23,785 nt of DNA from Arcobacter sp. (GCA_965662175.1 CBFIGT010000026.1:1-23785), one strand, 5' to 3'. Shown: positions 1 through 11,741, numbered from the stretch's first letter. The notes: a model not told the origin generated them from the letters alone. Numbers and translations: made by a program.

Positions 1-477
1 AGTTTGAAGTTCGCAAAACTCTCTTAAAGATAAAACTCCTAAAGTATGAATAACAGCTCGTCTTGATAAATCTACAAGTGAATTTTCTATTTGTAAAACT
101 GATGAACCACTGAATAAAACTTGTAAATCAAAAACATCATAAATAGCTTTTAAACTATTGGAAAAGTGACTATTTTTATGTATTTCATCTATAATAAAAA
201 GTTTTCCACCTCTTGCATAAAATGCTTCAGCAATATCATATAAAGATTCGCCACTCATAGCTGGATGGTCACAACTTACATAAAGTATTTTTGAATTTGG
301 CAGTTTTAAACTTTTTGCATATTGTAAAAGAATAGTACTTTTACCAGTACCTCTTGCACCTTTTATACCTATTAATTTACTATTAAAATCAATTTGTGAA
401 TAGAGATATCTTTTATAATTTGGAATATCTCTTGATAAAATTTGAGTTGATATTCTTTGTAGTGTTTCTAAGTTCAT
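1..477 (-). CDS. AAA_14 / COG1373-type ATP-binding protein (3' part runs off the window)
   Basis: Not in the ORF track. Manual translation from ATG at 477: MNLETLQRIS...LIGIKGARGTGKSTILLQ (Walker A)...LFIIDEIH (Walker B)...VLFSGSS...DLSRRA...LSLREF; open to base 1. Confidence 0.85.
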   Translation of the reverse strand, partial: MNLETLQRISTQILSRDIPNYKRYLYSQIDFNSKLIGIKGARGTGKSTILLQYAKSLKLPNSKILYVSCDHPAMSGESLYDIAEAFYARGGKLFIIDEIHKNSHFSNSLKAIYDVFDLQVLFSGSSVLQIENSLVDLSRRAVIHTLGVLSLREFCELQT

Positions 478-497
478 AATTTACTCTTATTATTAAA

Positions 498-535
498 TCT
501 ATTTTATAATAATAACTACTTTATTATAAAATAGA
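498..535. repeat. Perfect 15-bp inverted repeat (TCTATTTTATAATAA-N8-TTATTATAAAATAGA) upstream of the ATPase gene
   Basis: Arms at 498-512 and 521-535 are exact reverse complements; contains a minus-strand TATAAT at 523-528. Confidence 0.8.
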
Positions 536-550
536 GTTTATAATAACTTT

Positions 551-572
551 ACTCAGTCAAAAGTGACTGAGT
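551..572 (-). terminator. Hairpin just downstream of the gyrB stop, probable terminator
   Basis: ACTCAGTCA-AAAG-TGACTGAGT, a perfect 9-bp stem 6 nt past the gyrB stop; the minus-strand U-tract is weak. Confidence 0.55.
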
Positions 573-578
573 GAGTTT

Positions 579-2897
<2,319 letters not shown>

Positions 2898-2907
2898 TTA
2901 TTGTCCT

Positions 2908-3978
2908 TTATTTTTCTAATACGATTGGCATTACAATTGTAAAAAATTTATCATCTTCTAAATAAAATGGTAAATTTGATTCATTGAATCCAATAGTGAT
3001 ATTTTCATTATTTGACATACTTAAGAAGTCTAATAAATATTTTGCATTTACGGCTAAATAGAACTCATTTTCAATATTTAAATTAATATCAATTTGAGTT
3101 TTTGATTCTGTATCTTCATCTAATGATTCAAATATTATAGTCCCAGGTGTAAAGGTAATTTTAATATTTGAAAATAGTGATGTTACTAATTTAATAGATT
3201 CTATTAACATAGCTTTTGGTAAAGATAGATTATATTTTAATGTATTTGGAATAATTCTCTCATAATCAGGAAATTTTCCATTTATTAATTTTGTAAAAAA
3301 TTTATTATTCTCTGTTTGTACTACTAGGTTTGTATCATCATAAGAAATTTTTGCATCATCTAAGAAAAGTTTTTGAATCTCTATAATTGCTTTTTTAGGA
3401 ATAATAAATTGAGACTCTTTATTAGCCATATTTTGTAAATATGAGATTGCTAATCTTCTAGTATCAGTTGCTACAAAATTTATTTTAGAATTTTTAATAT
3501 CAATTAAAGCACCATTTAATTCAAACTTAGGATTGTTGTTATCAATTGCAGGTGTAATTTTTCTAATAGAGTTAATTAAATTAATAGTTGATATATCTAA
3601 ATTATGAAGCTCTTTATTTGTATTTAAATTTGGATATTCATTTGCATCATACATAGGTAATTTAAATGTTGATCTATTTTGTTTGATAATAAGATTATTA
3701 TCAACTGTTTCAATAATAATATTATCACCTTTCAATCTTTTTATAATACCTAATAAATTACTTCCATTTACAGTTCCTTTTCCATCAGTGCACTCTTCTA
3801 TTTTATCTACATAAGATTCTAAACCTATTTCATAATCTGTAGCTTTTAATATTAGTTTAGAGTTTAATACTTCAATATATATATGAGAAGTAATAGAACT
3901 AGAATCTTTTTTTTCCAAAAATGGTTGCATTGAAGAGATTATATTTTCAAAAACATTTTTTGCAATGATAAATCTCAT
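2908..3978 (-). CDS. dnaN: DNA polymerase III beta sliding clamp
   Basis: 356 aa; LKATDYE, VATDTRRL, GKFPDYERIIP, C-terminal IVMPI; lies between dnaA and gyrB. Confidence 0.97.
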   Translation of the reverse strand: MRFIIAKNVFENIISSMQPFLEKKDSSSITSHIYIEVLNSKLILKATDYEIGLESYVDKIEECTDGKGTVNGSNLLGIIKRLKGDNIIIETVDNNLIIKQNRSTFKLPMYDANEYPNLNTNKELHNLDISTINLINSIRKITPAIDNNNPKFELNGALIDIKNSKINFVATDTRRLAISYLQNMANKESQFIIPKKAIIEIQKLFLDDAKISYDDTNLVVQTENNKFFTKLINGKFPDYERIIPNTLKYNLSLPKAMLIESIKLVTSLFSNIKITFTPGTIIFESLDEDTESKTQIDINLNIENEFYLAVNAKYLLDFLSMSNNENITIGFNESNLPFYLEDDKFFTIVMPIVLEK

Positions 3979-4148
3979 TTTATCCCCTTTATATTTCTTT
4001 TTTAATTAGTGGTAGTAGTAGTCTATGTGAATAGATGAAAACATTAGATTTGATTCGATTTGCTAGGGCTTAGAGCCATTGAACAAAAATCAATTAATAT
4101 TCACATCTATTCACATAAAAGTTTAAAACTTTTTTTAAACTACTAAAA
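3979..4148. other. oriC: oriC2 sub-origin: AT-rich unwinding element, DnaA-trios and DnaA boxes
   Basis: T-rich tract ~3979-4006; TAG-TGG-TAG-TAG-TAG trios at 4007-4021; box TGTGAATAG at 4026-4034; opposite-orientation tandem boxes ATATTCACA 4097-4105 and CTATTCACA 4107-4115. Fits the known Campylobacterota dnaA-dnaN origin layout. Confidence 0.88.
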
Positions 4149-5462
4149 TCAATCCTTATTTAATATCTTATTTTTCAAGTTTTCGATGATTAATTTAAAA
4201 TTTTCATCTTTTTCAATTAGCTCATTTGCTTTTTTAATATTATGAGAAATTGAACTGTGATCTTTCATACCTAAAAACTTTGCAATATCAGGCATAGAGT
4301 TGTGTGTTAACTCTCTTGCTAGATATATTACAACTCGTCTTGCATTTGCAACTGTTGCTGTTCTTTTTTTAGATTTGATGTCACTTGGTTTTATATTTAA
4401 TTCATTTGCTACAATAGCAATAATATCAGGTAGTTTGATATTCTCTTTTGTCTCTTTAATTTGCTCTTTTAATAAGTTTTGAACCATTGCTAGGTTTATT
4501 TCTTGATTTAATAAAGAAGCACTTGCATTAATTCTAATTAAAACACCCTCTATTTCTCTAATTGAGTTATCTAAATTTGTAGCTATATAGTTTATAATCT
4601 CTCTTGTTAGATTAATACCATTTAGTTCTGATTTTTTTTCAATAATAGCAATTTTTGTTTCAAGCCCTGGAATTTGTACATCAGTTGTTAAACCCCATTC
4701 AAATCTTGATTTTAATCTATCAACAAGTCCTGCAATTTGTGATGGTAATCTATCACTTGTCATTACTATTTGTTTTTCTGCATTATGAAGTTCATTAAAA
4801 GTGTGGAAAAACTCCTCTTGAGTTTGCTCTTTTCCACTTAAAAACTGGATGTCATCGATTAAAAGAACATCACATTTTCTATATTTTCCTCTAAAATGCT
4901 CCATATTTTTATTTTTGATTGCAAAGGTAAAATCATTCATAAACTGTTCAATAGTTACATAAATAACTGTTTTTTCATGCTCTATTGCATTATTACCAAT
5001 TGCTTGTAAAAGGTGAGTTTTACCAAGTCCTGTTCCACCATAAATAAATAGTGGATTATATTGAACACCTGGTTTTTTAGCAACTGCCATTGAGGCATTA
5101 TAGGCCATTTGATTTGATGGACCTACAACAAAAGAGTCAAAAGTATAAGATGGATTTAGAATTGTACTCTCAATCTCACTTTTTTCAATTTTCTCTTTTA
5201 TTATCTCTTTTTTTGTTTTCTTTTCACCAGCTATTTTAATCTCAATTGATGGCTTAGTTCCATCAATCATTTCAAAGCAGTGTTGTATGATTTTAGAGTA
5301 TTTACTTTTAATCCAATTAGCTATATATTTGTTTGGAACTTCAAATACAGCAATATTTTCATCTGAAGATATTTTTTTGTACGAAAGCTGTTTTAGAAAT
5401 CTGTTATAATCAATTTTTGTAGTTTCTTCTTGTAAAACTGATAGTATCTCTTTATTTGTCAT
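4149..5462 (-). CDS. dnaA: Chromosomal replication initiator DnaA
   Basis: YTFDSFVVGPSN, YNPLFIYGGTGLGKTHLL, LLIDDIQF, QEEFFHTFN, RLKSRFEWGL, domain IV KDHSSI. Confidence 0.99.
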   Translation of the reverse strand: MTNKEILSVLQEETTKIDYNRFLKQLSYKKISSDENIAVFEVPNKYIANWIKSKYSKIIQHCFEMIDGTKPSIEIKIAGEKKTKKEIIKEKIEKSEIESTILNPSYTFDSFVVGPSNQMAYNASMAVAKKPGVQYNPLFIYGGTGLGKTHLLQAIGNNAIEHEKTVIYVTIEQFMNDFTFAIKNKNMEHFRGKYRKCDVLLIDDIQFLSGKEQTQEEFFHTFNELHNAEKQIVMTSDRLPSQIAGLVDRLKSRFEWGLTTDVQIPGLETKIAIIEKKSELNGINLTREIINYIATNLDNSIREIEGVLIRINASASLLNQEINLAMVQNLLKEQIKETKENIKLPDIIAIVANELNIKPSDIKSKKRTATVANARRVVIYLARELTHNSMPDIAKFLGMKDHSSISHNIKKANELIEKDENFKLIIENLKNKILNKD

Positions 5463-5497
5463 AAATAATAAACTCTTTTTTTTAATAATTGCTAAAT

Positions 5498-5503
5498 ATT
5501 ATA
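5498..5503 (-). promoter_or_regulatory. Putative sigma70 -10 box of dnaA
   Basis: Minus-strand TATAAT about 35 nt upstream of the dnaA ATG, with AT-rich tracts further upstream. Confidence 0.5.
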
Positions 5504-5595
5504 GCTAAAATTTTTTAAATTTACTAAAGTTTACTCTTTATAAAACTATTTTTTATATTTTAAAACATAAAAAACACAAAATAAAGATAAATCTT

Positions 5596-5717
5596 GTTGA
5601 ATAAGTAATGAATATCTATGTGAATAACTTTAAAATTTAAGTGAAGTTTTATGTAAGATGTACGATTATATGTGAATTTGTTAGAGTGAATAAAATAAAA
5701 TAGGAAAATGTGAATAA
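5596..5717. other. oriC: oriC1 sub-origin: co-oriented DnaA box cluster between dnaA and ruvC
   Basis: TGTGAATAA 5619-5627 and 5709-5717, AGTGAATAA 5685-5693, TGTGAATTT 5671-5679; weaker matches at 5596-5604, 5607-5615 and 5640-5648 (reverse complements of TTATTCACA-like boxes). Confidence 0.8.
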
Positions 5718-5719
5718 AA

Positions 5720-6193
5720 TTGAAAAAGAAAATATTAGGAATAGATCCAGGTACTATAAATTGTGGATATGCAATCATTGAAAAAGAGAATAGAGAGTTA
5801 AGATTATGCGAAGCTGGACTTATAAAAATAAAAAGTAAAATATTACAAGAGCAGATTGTGGAGATGATTGAGGGTTTAGATTTAATATTTAATAATCATA
5901 AAATCGATGAAGTTGCTATTGAAGATATGTTTTATGCTTTTAATCCAAAAACAGTTATAAAACTTGCTCAATTTAGGGGAGCTATTTCACTAAAAGTTTT
6001 ACAAAATTTTGGTAATTTTGCTGAATATACACCTTTGCAAGTAAAAAAAGCGGTTACAGGAAATGGAAAAGCTGCAAAAGAGCAGGTTGCTTTTATGGTA
6101 AAAAGATTACTTGGAGTTAAAAAAGAGATAAAACCTTTAGATATAACTGATGCAATTGCAATTGCATTAACTCACTGTCAAAGACTTAAATAA
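5720..6193 (+). CDS. ruvC: Holliday junction resolvase RuvC
   Basis: [49 protein letters not shown] start; divergent from dnaA. Confidence 0.97.
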   Translation: MKKKILGIDPGTINCGYAIIEKENRELRLCEAGLIKIKSKILQEQIVEMIEGLDLIFNNHKIDEVAIEDMFYAFNPKTVIKLAQFRGAISLKVLQNFGNFAEYTPLQVKKAVTGNGKAAKEQVAFMVKRLLGVKKEIKPLDITDAIAIALTHCQRLK

Positions 6194-6252
6194 ATTTTAC
6201 AAATAATTAATTTTTGATTATAATTTCTATTCTCAAAAAGATTAGGAAAAAT

Positions 6253-6831
6253 ATGAAAAGAATTGGAATTTTATCATCGCACAATGGAACAGGATTTTTA
6301 GCTATACAAGAGGCTTGTGAAAAAAAAATATTAGATGCTCAAGTTGTTGCTGTAGTATCAAACAATAGCGAAGCAAATGTTTTGGTTAAAGCTTCTTTAA
6401 AAAATATTCCGAATTTTATAATTAATTCTAAAAAATATCCAAATGAAAATTTAGATTTAAAAATTGCAAATTTATTTAAAGAGTTCAAAGTTGATTATAT
6501 ATTTTTATCAGGATATATGAAAAAAATAGAAAAAAATTTATTGGAAAATTTTAATAATAAGATTATAAATTCACATCCAGCACTTTTACCAAAATTTGGT
6601 GGAAAAGGTATGTATGGAAGATTTGTTCATGAGGCTGTTATAAAAAGTGCTGAAAAAGAGTCGGGTTGTACTTTACATTTTGTAAATGAAAATTATGATG
6701 AGGGAGAGTATATCCTTCAAAAAAAGATAGTTTTAGATGAAAATGAAACAGTTGATTCTTTAGAAAATAAGATTAAAGAGCTTGAAAAAGATATTATAAT
6801 TGATGGTATAAAAAAACTTATTTCAATTTAG
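6253..6831 (+). CDS. purN: Phosphoribosylglycinamide formyltransferase
   Basis: ILSSHNGTG, LSGYMKK, INSHPALLPKFGG, SGCTLHFVNENYDEG; start moved to ATG 6253, which follows an AGGA RBS; TATAAT at 6219-6224. Confidence 0.93.
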   Translation: MKRIGILSSHNGTGFLAIQEACEKKILDAQVVAVVSNNSEANVLVKASLKNIPNFIINSKKYPNENLDLKIANLFKEFKVDYIFLSGYMKKIEKNLLENFNNKIINSHPALLPKFGGKGMYGRFVHEAVIKSAEKESGCTLHFVNENYDEGEYILQKKIVLDENETVDSLENKIKELEKDIIIDGIKKLISI

Positions 6832-6850
6832 CTTTTAATTATTTTTTTAA

Positions 6851-6856
6851 TATAAT
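6851..6856 (+). promoter_or_regulatory. Putative -10 box for the CheY-CheC-DGC operon
   Basis: TATAAT about 30 nt upstream of ATG 6888; GGAG RBS before the start. Confidence 0.45.
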
Positions 6857-6887
6857 ATATGCAAAATCAATAGGGTTTGGAGTATTT

Positions 6888-7253
6888 ATGAAGTTTTTAG
6901 TTTGTGACGATTCAAGAATGGCAAGAAAAATGTTAATAAAATCTTTAGTTAATCTAAGTAGTGAAACTAATGAAATAATTGAAGCTTCAAATGGATTAGA
7001 GGCTATTGAAGCTCACAAAAACTTCTCTCCAGATTTAATATTTATGGATTTAACAATGCCCGAAATGGATGGTTTTGAGGCAGTTAAAAATATTTGTGAA
7101 AGTGATAAAGATGCAAAAATTATTGTAATAAGTGCTGATATTCAAGAGGGTGCTATGAAAAAAGTAAAAGAGAATGGAGCATTAGGATTTATAAAAAAAC
7201 CTGTTAATAATGAGAGTTTAAAACAGATTCTTGATAAATTAAAGGTTATATAA
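6888..7253 (+). CDS. Single-domain response regulator (CheY-like receiver)
   Basis: VCDDS, phosphoacceptor FMDLTMPEMDG, VISAD, KKP; 121 aa with no output domain. Confidence 0.92.
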   Translation: MKFLVCDDSRMARKMLIKSLVNLSSETNEIIEASNGLEAIEAHKNFSPDLIFMDLTMPEMDGFEAVKNICESDKDAKIIVISADIQEGAMKKVKENGALGFIKKPVNNESLKQILDKLKVI

Positions 7254-7868
7254 ATGCAAATTAATCTTTTAAATGAAGACCAAGAAGATTGTCTTCAGGA
7301 GTTAATGAATATCTCTTATGGTTCAGCAACAGCATCTGTTGCAGCTATTATTAATAAGTTTGCACAATTGAGTATTCCAAAAATTATTACAATTAGTTCT
7401 GAAAATTTTAGAGATTATATAGAAAATAAAATAGAAGAGCATGCTGCTTGTTATTTGGTTAGTCAACTACTTGATGGAAAACTTTCAGGTGAAAATCTAT
7501 TTATAATAAGTGATAAATCTTTAAAAAACTTAGCTTTAGAGTTTGATTTGGAAGAGGATGAAATCGATGAGGATGAGTTAAAAGATGTAGTGCTTGAAAT
7601 TACAAATATAATCTCTTCATCTACTTCAGGAAAGTTAGCAGAGCTTATAGGTACTGATGTACTTTTTTCACCACCTGATGTAAAAAAAATTGAATCTATT
7701 GATAATATAGATAATCATTATGAAATAGAGTATAAGCATGTAATAATTATTTCAACATTAATAGCATTTGAAGAGCAGAATATTAGTGCGGAATTAATAA
7801 TGATGTTAAAAGATGATTCAATGAATTTTTTAAAAGAGTCCCTTGATAAAATTATGGAAGAGTATTAA
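7254..7868 (+). CDS. CheC/CheX-family phospho-aspartate phosphatase
   Basis: Two ExxN motifs (DCLQELMNISYG, DVVLEITNII), LSIP and FSPP; directly follows the CheY-like gene. Confidence 0.85.
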   Translation: MQINLLNEDQEDCLQELMNISYGSATASVAAIINKFAQLSIPKIITISSENFRDYIENKIEEHAACYLVSQLLDGKLSGENLFIISDKSLKNLALEFDLEEDEIDEDELKDVVLEITNIISSSTSGKLAELIGTDVLFSPPDVKKIESIDNIDNHYEIEYKHVIIISTLIAFEEQNISAELIMMLKDDSMNFLKESLDKIMEEY

Positions 7869-7870
7869 AA

Positions 7871-8794
7871 ATGAATATCAATAATAATATAATATTTAAT
7901 ACAATTGATAATGGAATTATCTTATTAGATGAAAATCTAAATATCAAAGCTTGGAATAAATGGCTTGAGATTAAAACCACAATAAAAGAAGAAGATTTAT
8001 TAGACAAAAATATATGTGAAGAGTTCTCTTATATAAATGAAAAAAGATTAAGAAGAAAAATAAAATCAGTACTTGTAACAAAAAGTGCATCCTATTTTAG
8101 TATAGAACCACATGAATATTTAATTCAAATAAAATCTAATATTTTGATTGGCAAGATATTTGAATATATGAGACAAAATATTACAATTGTTCCCTATGAT
8201 TTAGAAAAAAAGATAGTTTGTTTATATATATATGACCATACAAAACTACATGAATCAAATGAAAAATTAAAAAAATTAAATTTGGAGCTAAAAGAGTTAT
8301 CTACAAAAGATTTTTTGACTCAACTTTATAATAGAAGATATTTTTCAGATACAAGTTCAAGAATGTTAAGTTTAGCCCTTAGACATAATCATCATATTTC
8401 TGTAATAGTTTCTGATATAGATAATTTTAAAAAGATAAATGATACCTATGGCCATGCTACAGGTGATAAGGTTATTATCTCTTTAGCTAATATTTTAAAA
8501 GAGAATAGTAGGCAAAGTGATATTGTTGCTCGTTATGGTGGTGAAGAGTTTGTTATTTTACTTTATGATACCTCAATTAATGATGCACAAAAAATAGCTG
8601 AAAATATTAGAACTTATGTGGAAGCAACTGAATTGATTACAAATAAAAATAATTTAAAATATACATTAAGTTTGGGTGTTGCTGAGTATGAAAAAGCTAA
8701 CGACAAAGATATTGAAAATACAATTAATAGAGCTGATAAAGCATTATATAAAGCAAAAATAAATGGAAAAAATAGAGTTGCTGTAAGTTTATAA
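7871..8794 (+). CDS. PAS-GGDEF diguanylate cyclase
   Basis: N-terminal PAS (GIILLDENLNIKAWN), coiled coil, DFLTQLYNRR, DIDNFKKINDTYGH, RQSD I-site, RYGGEEF. Confidence 0.95.
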   Translation: MNINNNIIFNTIDNGIILLDENLNIKAWNKWLEIKTTIKEEDLLDKNICEEFSYINEKRLRRKIKSVLVTKSASYFSIEPHEYLIQIKSNILIGKIFEYMRQNITIVPYDLEKKIVCLYIYDHTKLHESNEKLKKLNLELKELSTKDFLTQLYNRRYFSDTSSRMLSLALRHNHHISVIVSDIDNFKKINDTYGHATGDKVIISLANILKENSRQSDIVARYGGEEFVILLYDTSINDAQKIAENIRTYVEATELITNKNNLKYTLSLGVAEYEKANDKDIENTINRADKALYKAKINGKNRVAVSL

Positions 8795-9394
8795 CTTTGG
8801 TAATGACCAATGTTTATAATAAGCAACTAAACGTAAAATAACACCAAAGCTAAATAAAATAGTTATATTTAATATATTTATTTCTTGAAATATATGTAAA
8901 ATATACATAATAAGTCCAACTATGATTGCAATAGTTCCATAAAATTCACTAACTAATATGGATGGAACCCTATTTATTAAAATATCTCTAATAGTCCCGC
9001 CACCAACAGCTGTTAAAAAAGAGAGTATTAAAACACCTAAAAAGTTAAACTCGTTTTCCAAAGCAATAATAGAACCTGTTATTGCAAAAGATACAAGACC
9101 AATTGCATCAGAAATTATAAAAGCTGTTTTACCCTCAAAATCAGGAATTTTATGAAGCTTAAAAATCAAAGATAAAAAGACAGTAGAAATAACTAAAATA
9201 ACAGGTAGAGTTTCTGTAAAAATATAAGGGGTTTTATTGGCAATTGTATCTCTAATCATTCCTCCACCAAGGGCAGTTAAAAAAGCTGAAATAAATATAC
9301 CTAAGATATCAAGTTTATAGTGAACAGCAATTAAAAAACCACTAGCCGCAAAACAAATAATACCAATAATATCTGCAATTTCTAATGCTGTCAT
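8789..9394 (-). CDS. Trimeric intracellular cation channel (TRIC/UPF0126, YadS-like) membrane protein
   Basis: Duplicated TALGGGMIRD / TAVGGGTIRD motifs, about 7 TM segments; minus-strand TATAAT at 9436-9441. Confidence 0.92.
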   Translation of the reverse strand: MTALEIADIIGIICFAASGFLIAVHYKLDILGIFISAFLTALGGGMIRDTIANKTPYIFTETLPVILVISTVFLSLIFKLHKIPDFEGKTAFIISDAIGLVSFAITGSIIALENEFNFLGVLILSFLTAVGGGTIRDILINRVPSILVSEFYGTIAIIVGLIMYILHIFQEINILNITILFSFGVILRLVAYYKHWSLPKL

Positions 9395-9447
9395 TTATTA
9401 TCAAACCTTTTTATGTAGTTTTTAAAATAGTTGGAATTATACATAAT

Positions 9448-10644
9448 TTAAGATTTGAAATTGATTTTAAAAATATTATTCTTTTCTTTATAGATATATT
9501 TTAATTTAAATGAGTGTTTGTAGATAATTTTATTTACAATACTAAGTCCTAGACCAAAACCATCCCTTTGTGATAACTCTTGGGTAAAAGGTTTTAAATA
9601 ATAGTCTAACTCTTTTGAGAGTTTTTTTCCACTATTTATTACTGATATTTCATTATTTGAAGCTTTTATTATTATTGGAAATGAGTCTGTGTATTTAAGT
9701 GCATTATCTATTAAATTTTTTAAAGCCATTGATAAATAATCTAAATCACCATTAATTTTGAAATCTTCGTCTAGTTGCAATTTTATTTTTGATTCATCAT
9801 CTATGTATAGTTTTCCTAGAGACTCTATTATTAGAGTCTCTGCACTAAAGCTACTAATATTTAGTTTTGAAGAGTTTAATTTTTCTAATTTTATTAATTC
9901 ATTTGTTAAAATTTCTAAGTCAGAAAAAATCTTTTTAAGAAGCTCTTTTTGGGAAAAATCATCTATTTTTTCTATGGCAAATTTACCTTTTGCTATTGGA
10001 GTTCTTAGTTCATGTCCAATATCTCTTAAAAGTTCTTCTCTTGTTTTTATTAAATCTTCTAAATTACTTGCCATTTGATTAAAGGTTTTGGCTAAAACTC
10101 CTATTTCATCATTTGAGTTTATATGAACTCGTCTACTTAAATCGCCTTTCGAAAAACTCTCAATCTCTTTTGTTATTTTTTTTAGTGGTGATAAAAGTTT
10201 TAGAATATATAAAAAGATTAGTAGTAATACAAAAATATCTAAAAAGATAAGAAGATTTAATCTAAACTTTTCATTTAGATTTTTTTCATCTTGAGTTTTT
10301 AAAATATACTCTTCATCTAAATATTTTAGATGAATTATAAACTCATCTTCGAGGGATTCTTGAAATATTGAAATAAAACCAAAAGTATGATTTTTATGAT
10401 AAAAAATATCTTTTTCCTTATCTTTTAATTTTTCTAAAACTCTTAGTTTATGTTCATTTATTAATTGAGTTACTAATTCTTCATTATCAATATTTTCAAA
10501 AAGTTCATTTGCAATTTTTAAATATTTATCTTTTATTAAACTCTCTACTCTTTGTGAATTAATATTATCAATCCAAAATCCTATTATGGACATAAGAATA
10601 AAACTAATAATAAAAAGAGCTGATATTTTTTTTGATATTGACAT
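9448..10644 (-). CDS. Membrane sensor histidine kinase (HAMP-HisKA-HATPase, ArsS/CpxA-like)
   Basis: 2 TM segments, HAMP (DEIGVLAKTFNQM), H-box DIGHELRTP, N-box KNLIDNALKY, G2 GFGLGL. Confidence 0.93.
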   Translation of the reverse strand: MSISKKISALFIISFILMSIIGFWIDNINSQRVESLIKDKYLKIANELFENIDNEELVTQLINEHKLRVLEKLKDKEKDIFYHKNHTFGFISIFQESLEDEFIIHLKYLDEEYILKTQDEKNLNEKFRLNLLIFLDIFVLLLIFLYILKLLSPLKKITKEIESFSKGDLSRRVHINSNDEIGVLAKTFNQMASNLEDLIKTREELLRDIGHELRTPIAKGKFAIEKIDDFSQKELLKKIFSDLEILTNELIKLEKLNSSKLNISSFSAETLIIESLGKLYIDDESKIKLQLDEDFKINGDLDYLSMALKNLIDNALKYTDSFPIIIKASNNEISVINSGKKLSKELDYYLKPFTQELSQRDGFGLGLSIVNKIIYKHSFKLKYIYKEKNNIFKINFKS

Positions 10645-10645
10645 A

Positions 10646-11311
10646 TTAACTCACAAATTTATAACCCACACCCCAAACAGATTTTATATATTTGGGATTT
10701 TTAGAATCATCACCAATTTTATATCTTATATTTGAAATGTGTACATCTATTGTTCTATTTTTTGTATTTTCATCAAGTGACGTTGCATGTAGTATTTGTT
10801 CTCTTGAAGAGATTTTATTTAGGTTATTTATTAAAAATATAAAGATTTCAAACTCTATTTTTGTAAATTCTATAGGATAGTTATCAACACTTACTTGGCG
10901 GTTCTCTTTATCAATAAAAAAATCTCCAATTGTGATTTTATTATTTGAACTTTTTTTTAAAATATGCTCTATTCTTAAAACTAACTCCCTTGGTTCATAA
11001 GGTTTTGCTAAATAATCATCAACACCTAACTCAAAACCATGTATTTTATTTCCAATATCACCTCTTGCACTTGAGATAATAACTGGAATATCTTTTATTT
11101 TCTTAAGTTTTTTAAAAACATCAAAACCATCCATAATAGGAAGCATCAAATCTAAAATAACAATATCATAGTTTTGATTTTTAGAAAACTCTTCTAAGGC
11201 ATCTTTTGGATTATCAAAGGCTTGGCAAATAAAATCATAATCTTTTAGATAATCCACAATCAAGTTTTGCATTTGTAAATCATCTTCTATTAGTAAAACT
11301 TTTCTATTCAA
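10646..11311 (-). CDS. OmpR-family DNA-binding response regulator
   Basis: LIEDD, ILDLMLP, DDYLAKPY, RTIDVHISNIR, IKSVWGVGY. Confidence 0.95.
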   Translation of the reverse strand: MNRKVLLIEDDLQMQNLIVDYLKDYDFICQAFDNPKDALEEFSKNQNYDIVILDLMLPIMDGFDVFKKLKKIKDIPVIISSARGDIGNKIHGFELGVDDYLAKPYEPRELVLRIEHILKKSSNNKITIGDFFIDKENRQVSVDNYPIEFTKIEFEIFIFLINNLNKISSREQILHATSLDENTKNRTIDVHISNIRYKIGDDSKNPKYIKSVWGVGYKFVS

Positions 11312-11741
11312 CTCTCCACTCCTTTAAAAAATAAGAGAATTTCTCTTTTTGTTCTTTATTTAAAATTTTATGTATATTTTGAATATTTTTTAACTCTAAA
11401 TCTATGGCATGAGACTCTATTTCTTTAGCTATTTTTTTATATTTATTTGTATCAATATTTTCATTTTTGACTAAAAAAGCTAACTCTTGCTCTTTTTTAT
11501 TTTTGTATTCATAAAATTTTTTGTACTCTTTTTTGTAGTTTATTAATATGTTTTTTAATTTTATTCTTTGTTCTTTATTAAGTTCAAGGTAGTCAAAATT
11601 TTTGTAAAGATGATGTTTTGAAGAGTTATAATATTGATTTTTATATTTTTCAAATCTTTCATCATGATAATCATCATCCGCAAAAAGGTTAAAGCATATA
11701 ATTAAACTACATAAAAGAGCTAATATCTTTAATTTTATCAT
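11304..11741 (-). CDS. Spy/CpxP-family periplasmic protein
   Basis: Signal peptide, helical body, two LTxxQ-like motifs (LNKEQR, LNKEQK); directly upstream of RR-HK. ATG 11741 preferred over TTG 11747 on RBS spacing. Confidence 0.7.
   Translation of the reverse strand: MIKLKILALLCSLIICFNLFADDDYHDERFEKYKNQYYNSSKHHLYKNFDYLELNKEQRIKLKNILINYKKEYKKFYEYKNKKEQELAFLVKNENIDTNKYKKIAKEIESHAIDLELKNIQNIHKILNKEQKEKFSYFLKEWRVE

Noticed and set aside
5560..5778. 72-aa minus-strand ORF in the dnaA-ruvC interval
   Set aside because: Low-complexity F/I/H-rich translation of the DnaA-box array (the IH repeats come from ATTCAC); overlaps ruvC antisense.
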